A stretch of DNA of 29,214 nt from Candidatus Sysuimicrobiota bacterium. GTDB lineage: Bacteria; Sysuimicrobiota; Sysuimicrobiia; Sysuimicrobiales; Sysuimicrobiaceae. Positions 17,959 through 28,690 of this stretch are shown here, in pieces. The DNA lies in assembly GCA_040289515.1 (NCBI GenBank), contig PSLI01000028.1:1-29214 (forward strand), given 5' to 3'. The number at the start of each line of letters is the position of its first letter. Position 1 is the first letter of the stretch. The notes under the pieces were generated by a model, which was not told the DNA's origin, ran no database searches, and was given only the letters and a program-made list of their open reading frames with translations. The translations under genes and the position numbers were made by a program.

Positions 17959-19770
17959 CTACACGCCCACCACGAACCGGTCCGCCACCATGGCGCCGAA
18001 CAGCAGCGCCAGGTAGGCCAGGGAGTAGCGGTAGACGGCCCATGCCGTCTGCCCGCTGCCGCGCCACAGGTGCCACGCCCGCCGCACGAACTCCACCCCC
18101 AGCACCACGGCAGAAGCCCCGTACAGCCAGCCTAGCCCCGCTGCGGGCGCTACCAGCAGGGTGCTCAGCACCGTGGCCACGGTGTACCAGAACACCTGCC
18201 GCGCGGTTTCCTCCTCGCCCCGTACCACGGGCAGCATGGGGATCCGCGCGGCAGCGTAGTCGTCCTTCAGGTTCATGCTCAGGGCCCAGAAGTGCGGAGG
18301 GGTCCACAGGAACACCACCGCGAACAGGAGCAGAGCGGGCAGCTCCAACCTCCCCGTCGCCGCCGCCCACGCGGCCAGGGGAGGGACGGCCCCCGCGGCC
18401 CCCCCGATCACGATGTTCTGCGGGGTGGTGCGCTTCAACCACGCGGTGTACACGGCTACGTAGAAGGCCAGGCCCGCCACGGTGAGGGCCGCGGCCAGCA
18501 GGTTTGCCCCGCGCCACAGGACCCAGAACCCCACCGCGCCCAGCACCGCGGCGAAGGCCACCGCTCGGCCGGGCGGGATGCGCCCGGCCGCCACCGGCCG
18601 ACGGTCCCGGGTCCGCACCATGACCGCGTCCACGTCGCGGTCCAGCACGCAGTTGAGGGCATTGGCGGCGCCAGCCACCATGGCCCCTCCCAGCAGGGTG
18701 GCCAGCACCACCACGACCGAGGGCCGGTCCCGCTCCGCCACCACCAAGGTCGCGGCCGCGGTGAGGAGGAGTAGCACCACGATGCGGGGCTTTGTGAGCG
18801 CCACGTAGTCGGAGACGGCCACCTGCCAGGCAGGTCTCGGCGCGCCCTGGGTCAGCCGCGCCTCACCCACGGGCTCCGAGCTGGCCCGCGCCAGGAGCAT
18901 CACCAAAAGCACCCACAGCAGCGCGGCCAGGCCCAGGTGGATGCTCACAACGAGGAAGTGCAGGCCGCTCAACAGGTTGAGCCAGCCCACAAAGATCTGC
19001 ACCCCGTACAAAACAGCCGCCCAGTGGGCCAGGCGCCGCAGGTCGGGCCGGTCCCGCCGCGCCTGCGCCACCAGGCTGCCCAGCAGGACCGCCACCAGCA
19101 CTGCCCACAGCCGGTGCGCGAAGTGGAGCAGCACGCCCGGCTCTGCAGGCGGCAGGACCCGGCCGCGGCACAGGGGCCAATCCGGGCACACGAGGCCCGC
19201 GCCCGAAGCACCCACGTAACCGCCCACGAGCACCAGGACGTACAAGGCCAGCAGGGCCGAGAGCACCGCGCCGCGGAAGCGGTGGGTTGCAGGGTCTGCG
19301 GCGGAGGAGCGGTAACCTGCGGCGCGCTGCCACAGCACTACCAGGGAAGCCAGGAAAAGCAGTGCGGTGCCCAGGTGCAGCACCACCAGCCAGCCGGCGA
19401 GGCCGCTGAGAACCGTCGCACCGCCCACCAGGGCCTGGACCACCACCAGGGCGAGGGCAGCCCACGCGAAGCCGCGCAGCTCTTGCCCCGTGGGGCCCAG
19501 CCGGTGGACCCACGCCACCGTCACCGCCGTCCATAGACCCACCGCGGCGGCCACCAGGCGGTGGCTCCATTCCAGCAGCACCAGGGGCTCCAGGGGTGGG
19601 ATCCATCGCCCATGACAGAGGGGCCAATCCGGGCACGCGTCCCCGGCACCCGTGGTACGCACCACTCCCCCCAGCACCACAAGGGCCAGGCTCAGCCCCG
19701 CCAGGGCGGCCACGCTGCGACGGAAGCGGTCCACCGGGTCCAAGTTGCGACCGCGCCGATCCGCTGGCAC
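17959..19770 (-). CDS. Fused heme A synthase (CtaA/COX15-like) and heme O synthase (CtaB/CyoE)
   Basis: N-terminal half has CPDWPLC twice plus EWSHR and HFAHR. C-terminal half has YVALTKPRIV, DRDVDAVMVRTRDR, YTAWLKRTTPQNIVIGG, WTPPHFWAL and DDYAAARIPMLP. Exact start uncertain; TACAAT on the minus strand at 19802-19797. Confidence 0.92.
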   Translation of the reverse strand: MPADRRGRNLDPVDRFRRSVAALAGLSLALVVLGGVVRTTGAGDACPDWPLCHGRWIPPLEPLVLLEWSHRLVAAAVGLWTAVTVAWVHRLGPTGQELRGFAWAALALVVVQALVGGATVLSGLAGWLVVLHLGTALLFLASLVVLWQRAAGYRSSAADPATHRFRGAVLSALLALYVLVLVGGYVGASGAGLVCPDWPLCRGRVLPPAEPGVLLHFAHRLWAVLVAVLLGSLVAQARRDRPDLRRLAHWAAVLYGVQIFVGWLNLLSGLHFLVVSIHLGLAALLWVLLVMLLARASSEPVGEARLTQGAPRPAWQVAVSDYVALTKPRIVVLLLLTAAATLVVAERDRPSVVVVLATLLGGAMVAGAANALNCVLDRDVDAVMVRTRDRRPVAAGRIPPGRAVAFAAVLGAVGFWVLWRGANLLAAALTVAGLAFYVAVYTAWLKRTTPQNIVIGGAAGAVPPLAAWAAATGRLELPALLLFAVVFLWTPPHFWALSMNLKDDYAAARIPMLPVVRGEEETARQVFWYTVATVLSTLLVAPAAGLGWLYGASAVVLGVEFVRRAWHLWRGSGQTAWAVYRYSLAYLALLFGAMVADRFVVGV

Positions 19771-19837
19771 ACTACGGTGCGGACGCGTCCGGGGCTATTG
19801 TACGACGCGCGCCAGCATCGGACAGAGGAGGATAGCG

Positions 19838-20353
19838 GTGTCGAGCACAGAGAGCGCGGCAGCGTGGAGCGGCTACTCCGGCCGTCACGCCTTCGGGATC
19901 GCCGTGGCCGCCACCCTGGTGACGGTGGTGGCGTGCCTGGGCGTGGTGCTGTGGAGCCTGGGGCGCGCCGTATGGAGTCCGGAGGGTGCGGGCCTGGTGA
20001 AGGGGTGGTTTCTGGCCCTGTGGGACAACCTGGTGGTGGACCGCACCCGCTGGGCGTTTGCGGCCAGCCTGGTCCTGCTGCTGCTGACGGGCCCGCTGTA
20101 CGGGTACGTTTACGGGGTAGCGGTGGCTCCGGTGGCCTACCGGGCGGAGGCGCTGCGGGCCCGGCCGTGGCTGTGCGGTGCCCTGTACGGCCTGCTGACC
20201 TGGCCCCTCACCCTGTTCGTGGCGCTTCCCGCGGCGGGCGCTGGCCTAGCGGGCTCCGAGCTGGCAGGCGGCGGGATGCCGTGGCTGGCCCTAGCGGCCC
20301 ACGTGCTGCACGGCTGGCTGGTGGCCTCCTGGCTGCGGCTGACGGAAGGCTGA
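19838..20353 (+). CDS. Hypothetical membrane protein (about 4 TM segments)
   Basis: GAGGAGG RBS before GTG 19838; four hydrophobic segments; PWLCGALYG and LAAHVLHG motifs. Confidence 0.75.
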   Translation: MSSTESAAAWSGYSGRHAFGIAVAATLVTVVACLGVVLWSLGRAVWSPEGAGLVKGWFLALWDNLVVDRTRWAFAASLVLLLLTGPLYGYVYGVAVAPVAYRAEALRARPWLCGALYGLLTWPLTLFVALPAAGAGLAGSELAGGGMPWLALAAHVLHGWLVASWLRLTEG

Positions 20354-20369
20354 CGGCACCGAGCCGAAC

Positions 20370-22424
20370 TCACCCATCCAGGAGCTCACGGGCAGCCTCA
20401 TACACCCGGCGTGCGGTGAGCCCGAACGCCTCCGCCAGCGCCCCATAGGGCGCCGACGCGCCAAAACGGTCCACACCCAATACCCGACCGCCGCAGCCCA
20501 CGTAGCGTTCCCACCCGAAGGGCCCAGCGGCTTCCACCGCTAACCTCCGCCGCACGCCACGGGGAAGCACTTCCTCCCGGTACGAGGCGGGCTGTCGGTC
20601 GAACAGCTCCCAGGAGGGTAGGCTCACCACCCGCACCCGCACCCCTTCAACCTGTAGCCGTTCGTACGCCTCCACGCACAGAGCCACCTCGGACCCCGTG
20701 CCGATAAGGATGAGGTCCGGCAGCCCCTCGCAGTCCGCCAGCACGTAGCCACCCCGCCGCAGGCCGGAGGCGGGCGCGTAGCGGCTGCGATCCAGCACGG
20801 GTACCGGCTGGCGGGTGAGCACCAGCGCCACGGGGCCCTCGGTATGCTGCAGGGCCACCCGCCATGCCTCCACCGTCTCCTCCGCGTCGGCAGGTCGGAT
20901 CACCACCAGGTTGGGGATGGCCCGCAGGCTCGGCAGGTGCTCTACGGGCTGGTGGGTGGGGCCGTCCTCCCCCACCAGCACCGAGTCGTGGGTAAACACG
21001 TGCACCACGGGCAGCTCCCCCAGCGCGGCCAACCGGAGGGCAGGCCGCTCGTAGTCCGAGAACACCAGGAAGGTGGCCACAAACGGTCGTAGCCCCCCGT
21101 GGTACGCGATGCCGTTGGCGACCGCGCCCATGGCGTGCTCTCGCACGCCGAAGTGCAGGTTGCGGCCCCGGTAGTCCATCGGGCCGCCGCACGAGCCCTG
21201 CAGGTCCTGTAGGGCTCGGTGCGGGCTTTGAAAGTCACCCAGCCCCCGCAAACCGGTGTTGGTGGAGGGGTTCAGGTCCGCGGACCCGCCCACCAGCCAG
21301 GGGATGCGGCCTGCCAGCACGTTCAGCACCTGGCCGGAGGCGGCGCGGGTCGCCACACGTTCCCCCGCGGTGAACCTGGGCAGGTCCGCGTCCCAGCCCG
21401 GCGGCAGCTCCCCCCGCTGGGCCCGATCCCACTCCTCGGCCAGATCCGGGTACCGCCGCGCGAAGGTTTCGTACCGCCTGCGCCACTGCGTCTCCAGCTC
21501 CTGGCCGCGGTGCACCGCCTCCCGGAAGCGCGCCAGGACCTCCTCCGGCACCATGAACGGCTCCTCGTACGGCCAGCCTAGGCTGTGCTTGGCCCGCAGA
21601 ACTTCCTCCGGCCCTAAGGGCGCACCGTGCGCCTCATACCGGCCCTGCTTGGTAGGGCTCCCGTACGCGATCTGGGTCCGCACGATGATCAGGGACGGGC
21701 GCCAGGTCTCCTCCCGCGCCCGCGCGATGGCCCGTTCTGTCGCGTCCAGGTCGTTTCCGTCCGGTACCTCCTGGACGTGCCAGCCCAGGGCCTCGAACCG
21801 GCGCGCCACGTCCTCCGTGAAGGTGAGCTCGGTGCTGCCGGCCAGGGAAACGCCGTTGGCGTCGTACAGGCACACCAGCTTGCCCAGCTGCAGGTGGCCG
21901 GCCAGGGACGCCGCCTCGTGCGTCACCCCTTCCATGAGGTCCCCGTCGGACGCCACCACGTACGTCCAGTGGTCCACGATCTCGCACCCGGGCCGGTTAA
22001 ACACGCTGGCCAGGTGCCGCTCCGCGATGGCCATGCCCACCGCGTTGGCGAACCCCTGACCCAGGGGCCCCGTGGTGCACTCCACTCCCGGGGTGACCCG
22101 GAACTCGGGATGGCCGGGCGTCCGGCTGCCCCACTGCCGGAACCTCTTCAGATCCTCCAGGGTGAGGTCGTACCCGGTGAGGTACAGGAGCGCGTACAGC
22201 AGGGCGGAAGCATGTCCCGCGGACAGGACAAACCGGTCTCGGTCCGGCCAGAGGGGGTTCCGGGGGTTGTGCCGCAGAAACCGCGTCCACAGCACGTACG
22301 CGGGGCCTGCGAACCCCATGGGAGCCCCGGGGTGGCCGGAGCGGGCCTGCTCCACCACGTCCATGGCCAGGACGCGCAGGGTGTTGACGCACAGGACGTC
22401 CAGGTTGTGGTGCGAACGGGTCAT
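20370..22424 (-). CDS. tkt: Transketolase
   Basis: [71 protein letters not shown] 22424 follows GGAGGA; extended -10 TGCTATGGT at 22458-22450. Confidence 0.97.
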   Translation of the reverse strand: MTRSHHNLDVLCVNTLRVLAMDVVEQARSGHPGAPMGFAGPAYVLWTRFLRHNPRNPLWPDRDRFVLSAGHASALLYALLYLTGYDLTLEDLKRFRQWGSRTPGHPEFRVTPGVECTTGPLGQGFANAVGMAIAERHLASVFNRPGCEIVDHWTYVVASDGDLMEGVTHEAASLAGHLQLGKLVCLYDANGVSLAGSTELTFTEDVARRFEALGWHVQEVPDGNDLDATERAIARAREETWRPSLIIVRTQIAYGSPTKQGRYEAHGAPLGPEEVLRAKHSLGWPYEEPFMVPEEVLARFREAVHRGQELETQWRRRYETFARRYPDLAEEWDRAQRGELPPGWDADLPRFTAGERVATRAASGQVLNVLAGRIPWLVGGSADLNPSTNTGLRGLGDFQSPHRALQDLQGSCGGPMDYRGRNLHFGVREHAMGAVANGIAYHGGLRPFVATFLVFSDYERPALRLAALGELPVVHVFTHDSVLVGEDGPTHQPVEHLPSLRAIPNLVVIRPADAEETVEAWRVALQHTEGPVALVLTRQPVPVLDRSRYAPASGLRRGGYVLADCEGLPDLILIGTGSEVALCVEAYERLQVEGVRVRVVSLPSWELFDRQPASYREEVLPRGVRRRLAVEAAGPFGWERYVGCGGRVLGVDRFGASAPYGALAEAFGLTARRVYEAARELLDG

Positions 22425-22492
22425 CCCGTCCTCCCGGCAGCTCGCGTCCACCATAGCAGGAAGTCTGCGCTGCTTCCAAGAACACCGCCGCC

Positions 22493-25321
22493 GTGACCCC
22501 TGAAGCGGATGCTCTGCTGGCGGCGTGGGCGCAGGTGTCCTCCCCAGTGGCCGCCGACTTTCTGCGGCAGCGCTTGGGAAGTCCCCGGGCGGATCAGGTG
22601 GAACGGGTCAAAAACCTGCTGGACTGTCTGGCGCACCGCTCCCCGCAGCAGGCCCTGAGGTACGCCCGGGACCTGGTGGCGTTCGCGGACGCGGGGGAGG
22701 ACCCTGCCGCTCGCGTGGTGGCGCGCCTCGCCCTTGGGAACGCCTTGCTGTGGTCCGAGCAGCTGGAGGAAGCCCACCGCGCGTACGAATCGGCCCGGAA
22801 GCTGGCGGAGCTAGCGGGCCTGGCCCTTCTCGCGGCGCGGTGCGGGGTGGGCCAGTTGGGGGTGTTGTTCCGTCAGGGCCGCTACCGGGAGGCGCTGGCG
22901 CTGGCGGAGGCCATTGAGCCGGTGCTGTCGCAGGACCCGTCCACCTCCCTGTACGCGGCCCGGGTACGGGCCCAGCGGGCCACCGTGCTGCAGTACCTGG
23001 GCGAGACGGAAGCTGCCCTGCGTGCGTACGCGGCAGCGTCTTGTTGCTTCCGGGCCCTGGGCAGCACTGCGGCTTTGGATCTAGCGGTGGCGCAGCACAA
23101 CGCGGGGTCGCTGCTCGCCCAGCTGGGGCGTCACGCGGAAGCCGCTCGGGTGCTGGAAGAGGCGCGGCGTTGCGCGCAGGCCGCGGGCAGTCCTCTCCTG
23201 GCCGCACGGGCGGCCGCCGCGCTGGCCCGGGTGGACCTGGCGCAGGGGCGGTACGCCCACGCCCTGCAAGTGTTCGACGAGGTGGCGTCTTGTTACCGCC
23301 AGGCAGGGGTCCCCGCAGCCGCTGCCACGTACCTCCTGTTCGCCCTCGAGTGCCGCCTCTACCTGGGGGAGGCGGAACGGGTGGCGCGCGAGGGCTTTCG
23401 CGTGGCTCGCGAGCTGGAGCAAGCGGCCTTCGCCGCAGAGGCTTGCCGCGCCCGCTACTTGAGCGCCCTGGCACATCGTCAGCGGGGCGATCTGCACGCC
23501 GCCGCGACGCTGCTGTACCTCGCGCACGAGGGGCTCCGACAGCTGGGCCGGGAAGCCTGGCGCGCTGCCGCGGCGTGCGAGCTGGCCGTGGTGCGACTTC
23601 GGGAGCAAGACGCCGCAGCAGCCCTCGCCCTGGCGCAGGACGCCGCATCCGTGTGGGCCCAGGTGGGGAGTCCCACAGGGCTCGGCCGGGCCCTGCTGGT
23701 GCGCAGCGACGCCCTGGCGCGCTGCGCAGAGCTCGCCGCGGCCGCACAGGACGCCCGGGAGGCTCTGCGGGTGGGGCACCGGCACCACCTGGCGTGGCTG
23801 TGTGTCGCCTCCCACCGTCGTCTCAGCCTCCTGCGACCGGAGCGCCGCGGTGCGCACCTGCTGAGGGGCGTGCGCTGGGCGGACCGGATGCTGGCCTGGC
23901 TGCCCGCAGACCTGCGGGCCGGACTGTACGCGGAGCTGGCGGACCTGTACCAACACGCGGTGCTGTACCTGTCCAAACGGGAACGGTGGCTGGAAACCTG
24001 GCGTGTGGTGCAGAGCGCCAAGTCCAGGAGCTTGGCGTGGCTGCTGGCCTCCCACGGACTGCGGCTGCGCGCGCAAACCGCGGATTCGGAGCTCGTCCGC
24101 CAGCTGGACGTTCTGCTGAACGCTTACCGGCACCGCCTGCTGGGCGAACTGCAAGACGCTCCGGCCCGGGAGGAGGTGGACACACCGGAGCTGGAGGCCC
24201 GCATCCGGGACCTCGTGTGGCGGATCCAGATGCACCACCCCGCCTTCCGGTCCCAAAGCCTGATGGTCGTCCGCACCATGCGGCCGGAGCTCCCGTACCT
24301 GCCCCCCGACACCGGGCTCCTAGAGTACTTCGTCGCGGGCGGCCACGTGCTGGCCTTCGTGGGGCGGGCGGACCGCACCCTGTCCGGACTGCGGGTCTGC
24401 GGTGCGCAACAGGTGGCCCGCGCGGCGGCCCTGTGGGGCGCGGGTCTGCGGGCCTTCGCCGCGAGCCAGCTGCAGCCGGTTCAGGCCCTTCGTCAGGCCC
24501 GGAAGGTCCTCCGGGACCTGTACACTCTTCTGATCCGCCCCCTAGAAAGGGAGCTGCGGGCGTTCCGGAAGCTGGTCGTGGCGCCCTCCGGGCTGCTGCA
24601 CGCCCTTCCGTTTCATGCCTTTGCTGACGGGGACGCGTGCGTGTGGGACCGGTGGGAGGTCTCCTACGTGCCCGCGGGGTCGCTGCTGCCCCTGCTGGCG
24701 CACCCCACCGCAGGCGGGCCTCCGGTGTGTGTGGCGGACTCCCTGCGGGGGAGGCTGCCGGGAGCCGTGCGGGAGGCCCGCTGGGTGGCAGAACGCTTGG
24801 GCGCACGTCTGTGGGAGCACCCCACGCCCCAGGAGTTCCTGGAGGCCGTGCGCGGGGCCGGGGTGGTGCACGTGGCTGCCCACTGCCGATTCCGGACGGA
24901 CGCACCGTTGCTGTCCGCGGTGCATCTTACCGCGGGCCCGGTCACCGCCGCGGACGTACTGGCCTCGGACGCCGGCTGCGAGGTGGTGGTGCTCAGCGGG
25001 TGCGAGACCGCCTCTCCCCGGGTGCTGCCCGGAGACGAACTGGTGGGCTTTCCCCGAGCGTGGTTCCACACAGGTGCCCGGGCCGTGGTGGTCTCCCTAT
25101 GGCCCGTGCAGGACGCCTCCACCGTGGAGCTTATGCAGCACTTCTACGATTCCCTGTGCGCGGCGGTCCCGCTCCCGGAGGCCCTGCGGCGCGCCGGCCT
25201 CGAGCTGCGGGCCCGCTGGGAGCACCCGTGGCACTGGGCGGGCTTCGTCCTAATGGGCGACCCCTCCTGGAAGCCCCCAAGAGCCCCCTGCCTACCGCGT
25301 TCGGTAAACGGGGGTGGTTGA
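22493..25321 (+). CDS. TPR-repeat and CHAT domain (caspase-like cysteine protease) protein
   Basis: About 480 aa of TPR-like repeats (e.g. [30 protein letters not shown]). Linker motif [12 protein letters not shown] motifs [30 protein letters not shown] (His797), VVLSGCET (Cys837), [14 protein letters not shown] and HPWHWAGF. No obvious RBS, so the start is uncertain. Confidence 0.92.
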   Translation: MTPEADALLAAWAQVSSPVAADFLRQRLGSPRADQVERVKNLLDCLAHRSPQQALRYARDLVAFADAGEDPAARVVARLALGNALLWSEQLEEAHRAYESARKLAELAGLALLAARCGVGQLGVLFRQGRYREALALAEAIEPVLSQDPSTSLYAARVRAQRATVLQYLGETEAALRAYAAASCCFRALGSTAALDLAVAQHNAGSLLAQLGRHAEAARVLEEARRCAQAAGSPLLAARAAAALARVDLAQGRYAHALQVFDEVASCYRQAGVPAAAATYLLFALECRLYLGEAERVAREGFRVARELEQAAFAAEACRARYLSALAHRQRGDLHAAATLLYLAHEGLRQLGREAWRAAAACELAVVRLREQDAAAALALAQDAASVWAQVGSPTGLGRALLVRSDALARCAELAAAAQDAREALRVGHRHHLAWLCVASHRRLSLLRPERRGAHLLRGVRWADRMLAWLPADLRAGLYAELADLYQHAVLYLSKRERWLETWRVVQSAKSRSLAWLLASHGLRLRAQTADSELVRQLDVLLNAYRHRLLGELQDAPAREEVDTPELEARIRDLVWRIQMHHPAFRSQSLMVVRTMRPELPYLPPDTGLLEYFVAGGHVLAFVGRADRTLSGLRVCGAQQVARAAALWGAGLRAFAASQLQPVQALRQARKVLRDLYTLLIRPLERELRAFRKLVVAPSGLLHALPFHAFADGDACVWDRWEVSYVPAGSLLPLLAHPTAGGPPVCVADSLRGRLPGAVREARWVAERLGARLWEHPTPQEFLEAVRGAGVVHVAAHCRFRTDAPLLSAVHLTAGPVTAADVLASDAGCEVVVLSGCETASPRVLPGDELVGFPRAWFHTGARAVVVSLWPVQDASTVELMQHFYDSLCAAVPLPEALRRAGLELRARWEHPWHWAGFVLMGDPSWKPPRAPCLPRSVNGGG

Positions 25322-25323
25322 GC

Positions 25324-26721
25324 ATGCTGCGAGTCTGGCATCACCTGCGCGGCCACCTGGTGGTGACTTGCCCGGAGCCCGTGCTGCGTCCCCTGGAGCG
25401 GTCGCACCCCGTGCGCTGCGTGCTGCCCGGGGCTAGGCCTCAGGTGGCCTTCGTGTCGCGCCGGTCGGGGAGCGGGTGGCGGTGGGAGGCACTGCCGCTA
25501 CAGCCCCCGCGCAGGTCTTTGCCGTGGCAGCGCGTGGTGCGGCGCCTGGTGGTGGAGACGGACGAACCCGCCCCGGAGGTCGCCCGCCGCCTGTCGCTGG
25601 CCGCACCCTCCGCCCTGGTCGCCCCGGACCTTCAGGTCCGCGGCCAGGCGGAGGTGTCCCACGGCAGCCCCACCCCGGAGGCTGCCATCCGGGCTCCGGA
25701 GGTCAGCGAGGACGACTTTGCGTTCCAGGCAGCCTTCGAGCGCATCGGGCTGGTGGAGTACGCGCAAGGCAGGTTCCGGCCGCGTGGAGAGGGTGTCACC
25801 GTGGTGATCCTGGACAGCGGGCCCGGGCTAGGAGCCGCTGGCCTGCCGCGGCTGGAGCCGGGCCTCGTGGACGTGTACGTGGAGTGGCCCCAAAAGGTGC
25901 CGCAGGATTCTCCCGTGTGGGCGCCGATGCCCGAAAGTTCACCTGCGCCCTGCCCCCTGGCGCAGCGTTGGCGGCCCCGGGCGTGGTCGCCGCTTCTGGC
26001 TGGGTCGGACCAGATGGAGGTCTACCGCGCACACCACGGCGCCATGGTGGCCTCCCTGGTGCGGCGGATCGCTCCGGGCGCGCGCGTGGCGCTGGTGGCG
26101 CTGCTGAACCGCGAGCTTACCGCCGCCACGTACGAGTTGGTGGAGGCCCTGCGGTGGACCTACGAGCTGGTGTACGCGCCCGTGCAGCATCCGGACCTGC
26201 GCGCGCCGTTGGTGACCGTGCCCGTGGTGTACAACCTGAGCCTGGGGGTGAGCCGGTCGCAGCCGGAAACGGTGGACTCGTGTGCCCTCCTGGCGGTCGT
26301 GGACGAGCTGGCCCGGCAGCGGGCGGTGCTGGTGTGCGCCGCCGGCAACCTATCGGAGGGTCGGCCGGAGAACGCGCTCGAGCCCGCGGCGTACGGACAG
26401 TTCGGCGACACCGTGGCCGCGCAGACCCAGGTGATCCCCACAGCCGCCACCAGCGCCGCGCAGGCCGACCGGTATGCCTGGTTCAGCAACGAGGCGCACT
26501 TCGGGGCTCCCGGGGAGGATCTGCTTTTGGACTGCGGGGCGGTGGTGGCGGGGTCCCGCTACGTGCGGTGGTCCGGTACGTCCTTCGCCGCGGGCCTCGT
26601 CACGGGCGTGGTGGCGGTACTGCTGAGCACGGGGCTGCCGCCCGAGCTGGTGAAGGCCAGGCTGTGGGAGCGCGCGGTGCGGCCCTCGCGCTGGGACGGG
26701 GTACCCGCGGTGCGCCTGTGA
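25324..26721 (+). CDS. S8 subtilisin-like serine peptidase with no signal peptide
   Basis: GVTVVILDSG (Asp164), HHGAMVASLV (His238), YNLSLG, CAAGN (oxyanion Asn342), WSGTSFAA (Ser420). ATG lies 2 nt after the CHAT stop; the ORF-track extension to 24637 is a shadow frame. Confidence 0.9.
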   Translation: MLRVWHHLRGHLVVTCPEPVLRPLERSHPVRCVLPGARPQVAFVSRRSGSGWRWEALPLQPPRRSLPWQRVVRRLVVETDEPAPEVARRLSLAAPSALVAPDLQVRGQAEVSHGSPTPEAAIRAPEVSEDDFAFQAAFERIGLVEYAQGRFRPRGEGVTVVILDSGPGLGAAGLPRLEPGLVDVYVEWPQKVPQDSPVWAPMPESSPAPCPLAQRWRPRAWSPLLAGSDQMEVYRAHHGAMVASLVRRIAPGARVALVALLNRELTAATYELVEALRWTYELVYAPVQHPDLRAPLVTVPVVYNLSLGVSRSQPETVDSCALLAVVDELARQRAVLVCAAGNLSEGRPENALEPAAYGQFGDTVAAQTQVIPTAATSAAQADRYAWFSNEAHFGAPGEDLLLDCGAVVAGSRYVRWSGTSFAAGLVTGVVAVLLSTGLPPELVKARLWERAVRPSRWDGVPAVRL

Positions 26722-26725
26722 GGCG

Positions 26726-28004
26726 CTACCGTCCCTGCGGACCCTGCGCCGCGGCGCGCAGGAGGAACTTCTGGATCTTGCCCGTGGCGGTCTTGGGAAG
26801 CTCGCTGACGAACTCCACCGCCTTGGGGCCTTGAAGTGGGCCAGGCGGTCCCGGCACAAGGCCACCAGCTCCTCCGCGGTGCACGTGGCTCCGGGCCGCA
26901 GCACCACGAAGGCCTTGGGTACCTCGCCCCACTTGGGGTCCGGGATCCCCACGACCGCCACCTCCAGCACCGCGGGGTGCTGGTACAGCACGCCCTCCAC
27001 CTCCAGGGAGAAGACGTTCTCCCCGCCGCTGATGAGGACGTCCTTCTTGCGGTCCACGATCTGCAGGTAGCCGTCCGGGTGCACCACCGCCAGGTCGCCC
27101 GTGTGGAACCAGCCGCCCGCGAAGGTCTGCGCGGTGGCCTCGGGATCCCGGTAGTAGCCCTCCATCACCGTGGGTCCCCGCATCACGAGCTCCCCCACCT
27201 CCCGGCCGTCCCGCGCCACCGGCGTCAGGTCGTCCCGTACCACCTGTGGTTCCCCGCACAGGAGCTGGCCCACGCCCTGGCGGGCTTTCCGCTGGGCCCG
27301 TTCCGCGGTAGGGAGCGCGTCCCACTCCCGGCGCCACTCGCACACCGTCAGCCACGGACCGGTCTCCGTCAGGCCGCACACGTGCACCACCTCGATCCCC
27401 AGCTCGTCCTCCACCCGGGCAATCAGGGCCGCAGGCGGCGGGGCCCCGCCCTCGTACCAGCGCAGGGGCACCGCGGGCTTCCAGCCCCGTGCCGCGGGGT
27501 CCGCCAGCAGCATGACCAGCACCGTGGGCGCGGAGAAGGCTACGGTTACCCCTTCCTGTCCGATGAGGCGAAGGACCTCCGGGGGATCCTCCTTGGGCAG
27601 GTACACGTGCCGCGCGCCCACCGCGGTGACCGCCCACACCGCGCCCCAGCCGTTCACGTGGAACATCGGCAGCACGTGCAGGTACACATCCTCCGTCCGC
27701 AAGCGGCCGTGCACCACCACGTTCAGCACGTTCAGGGCCGTGTTGCGGTGGCTCAGAATGACCCCTTGGGGTGCGCGGTGGTGCCGCTGGTGTAGTTCAG
27801 GGTGATCGCGGAGTGCTCCTCTACCTGGTCCACCTCGCTCCAAACCCGCGCGGCCTCCGAGGGTGCCAGGCGCCCTATCAGGGCCTCCACTCCACCCTCC
27901 GCCAGCTCCACCCCCTGTAGCCCCTCCACCCGCTGCGTCAGGGCGTGCGCCACCTCCGCGAAGGCGGGATCCACCAAAAGCAGCCGCGCGTTGGAGTGGC
28001 GGAG
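26726..28004 (-). pseudogene. Acyl-CoA synthetase (AMP-binding), 5'-truncated and frameshifted twice
   Basis: Motifs are split over three frames: YTSGTTAHPKG, then (shift near 27763) VILSHRN...LPMFHVNGW...GLTET...WFHTGDL...DRKKDVLISGGEN...HFKAP, then (shift near 26827) KAVEFVSELPKTATGKIQK. The N-terminus is replaced by transposase sequence. Confidence 0.88.
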
Positions 28005-28690
28005 GACCTTGTGCCCCTGCGCGGTGATCCCCAGGGCGACCACTAGAGTGTCCTCAGCGAAGGTCTTGCCGTCCAGCACCAGGACCACGAAATCGTACCC
28101 GTCCAGCCGCCGTTCTTGGAGGGCCCGCAGCTTCCGAGCCGTGGCCCGCACGTACCGCCGCGAGATGCTGGACCGGCTCAGCCCGAACGCCTCGGGCACC
28201 GCCTCCGCTGCCGCCGCGGAATCCCGGCAGCTGAGCCCATACAGCACCCGCCGCAGCACTCCCTCCTCCGCCGCCCGGGGCGGCTGCAGGCGGGCGTAGG
28301 TCTGCAGGGGAACCTCCCTGCCCGCCCGCCGGTCCCGCTGGGCAGTTTCTGGTCCGCCAGGTACACCGAGCCCCGCTGCCTGCCCCAGCGGACGCGGTGC
28401 GGAGCACCATCCCGCCGGGCGTACCGGGGACCCGCCAACTGCTCCCCCTCCTGGTGCAGGATCTCCTCCACCGCTGCCAACCCCAGGGGGATCAGAACCT
28501 AGATCAGTACCACCCGGGTGTCCAGCCCCTCCAACTCCGCGGATGCCCGCGAGCTCTTGCGTCCGCCCACCGAATCCCGTATCCTGGCCATGGAGCAGCC
28601 TCCCTTCGTGTGGTGTAGCTTTCTCGCTTGCTACCATGCACCGCACCGGGTGCTGCTCCCTCGATTTTCAACTAGCTCCGGGACACCCTC
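28005..28690 (-). mobile_element. IS256/Mutator-family insertion sequence remnant (left end plus 5' part of transposase, inactive)
   Basis: ATG 28591 after GGGAGG; in-frame TAG at 28501-28499; frameshift near 28340. Motifs RWGRQRGSV, YGLSCRD, GLSRSSISR, VLVLDGKTF and VVALGITAQGHK. Candidate terminal sequence GAGGGTGTCCCGGAGCTAGTTGAAAATCG begins at 28690, exactly where the upstream gene breaks. No right end seen. Confidence 0.82.

Noticed and set aside
22459..22477. GGAAG-N9-CTTCC inverted repeat between tkt and the CHAT gene as an operator
   Set aside because: Only 5-bp arms and no second copy noticed; compatible with chance.
24637..25323. 229-aa N-terminal extension of the S8 ORF overlapping the CHAT domain
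   Set aside because: Gly/Arg/Pro-rich shadow-frame sequence; ATG 25324 directly after the CHAT stop is the natural start.
22425..26725. CRISPR array, cas, gasdermin or ECF-sigma genes associated with the CHAT protease
   Set aside because: No repeat-spacer array or such genes are visible near the pair; the only sigma gene is about 19 kb away in a different operon.
27753..28646. 297-aa ORF as a novel transposase-ligase fusion protein
   Set aside because: It joins out-of-frame IS sequence, a truncated transposase and a synthetase fragment; the true transposase frame has a premature stop.
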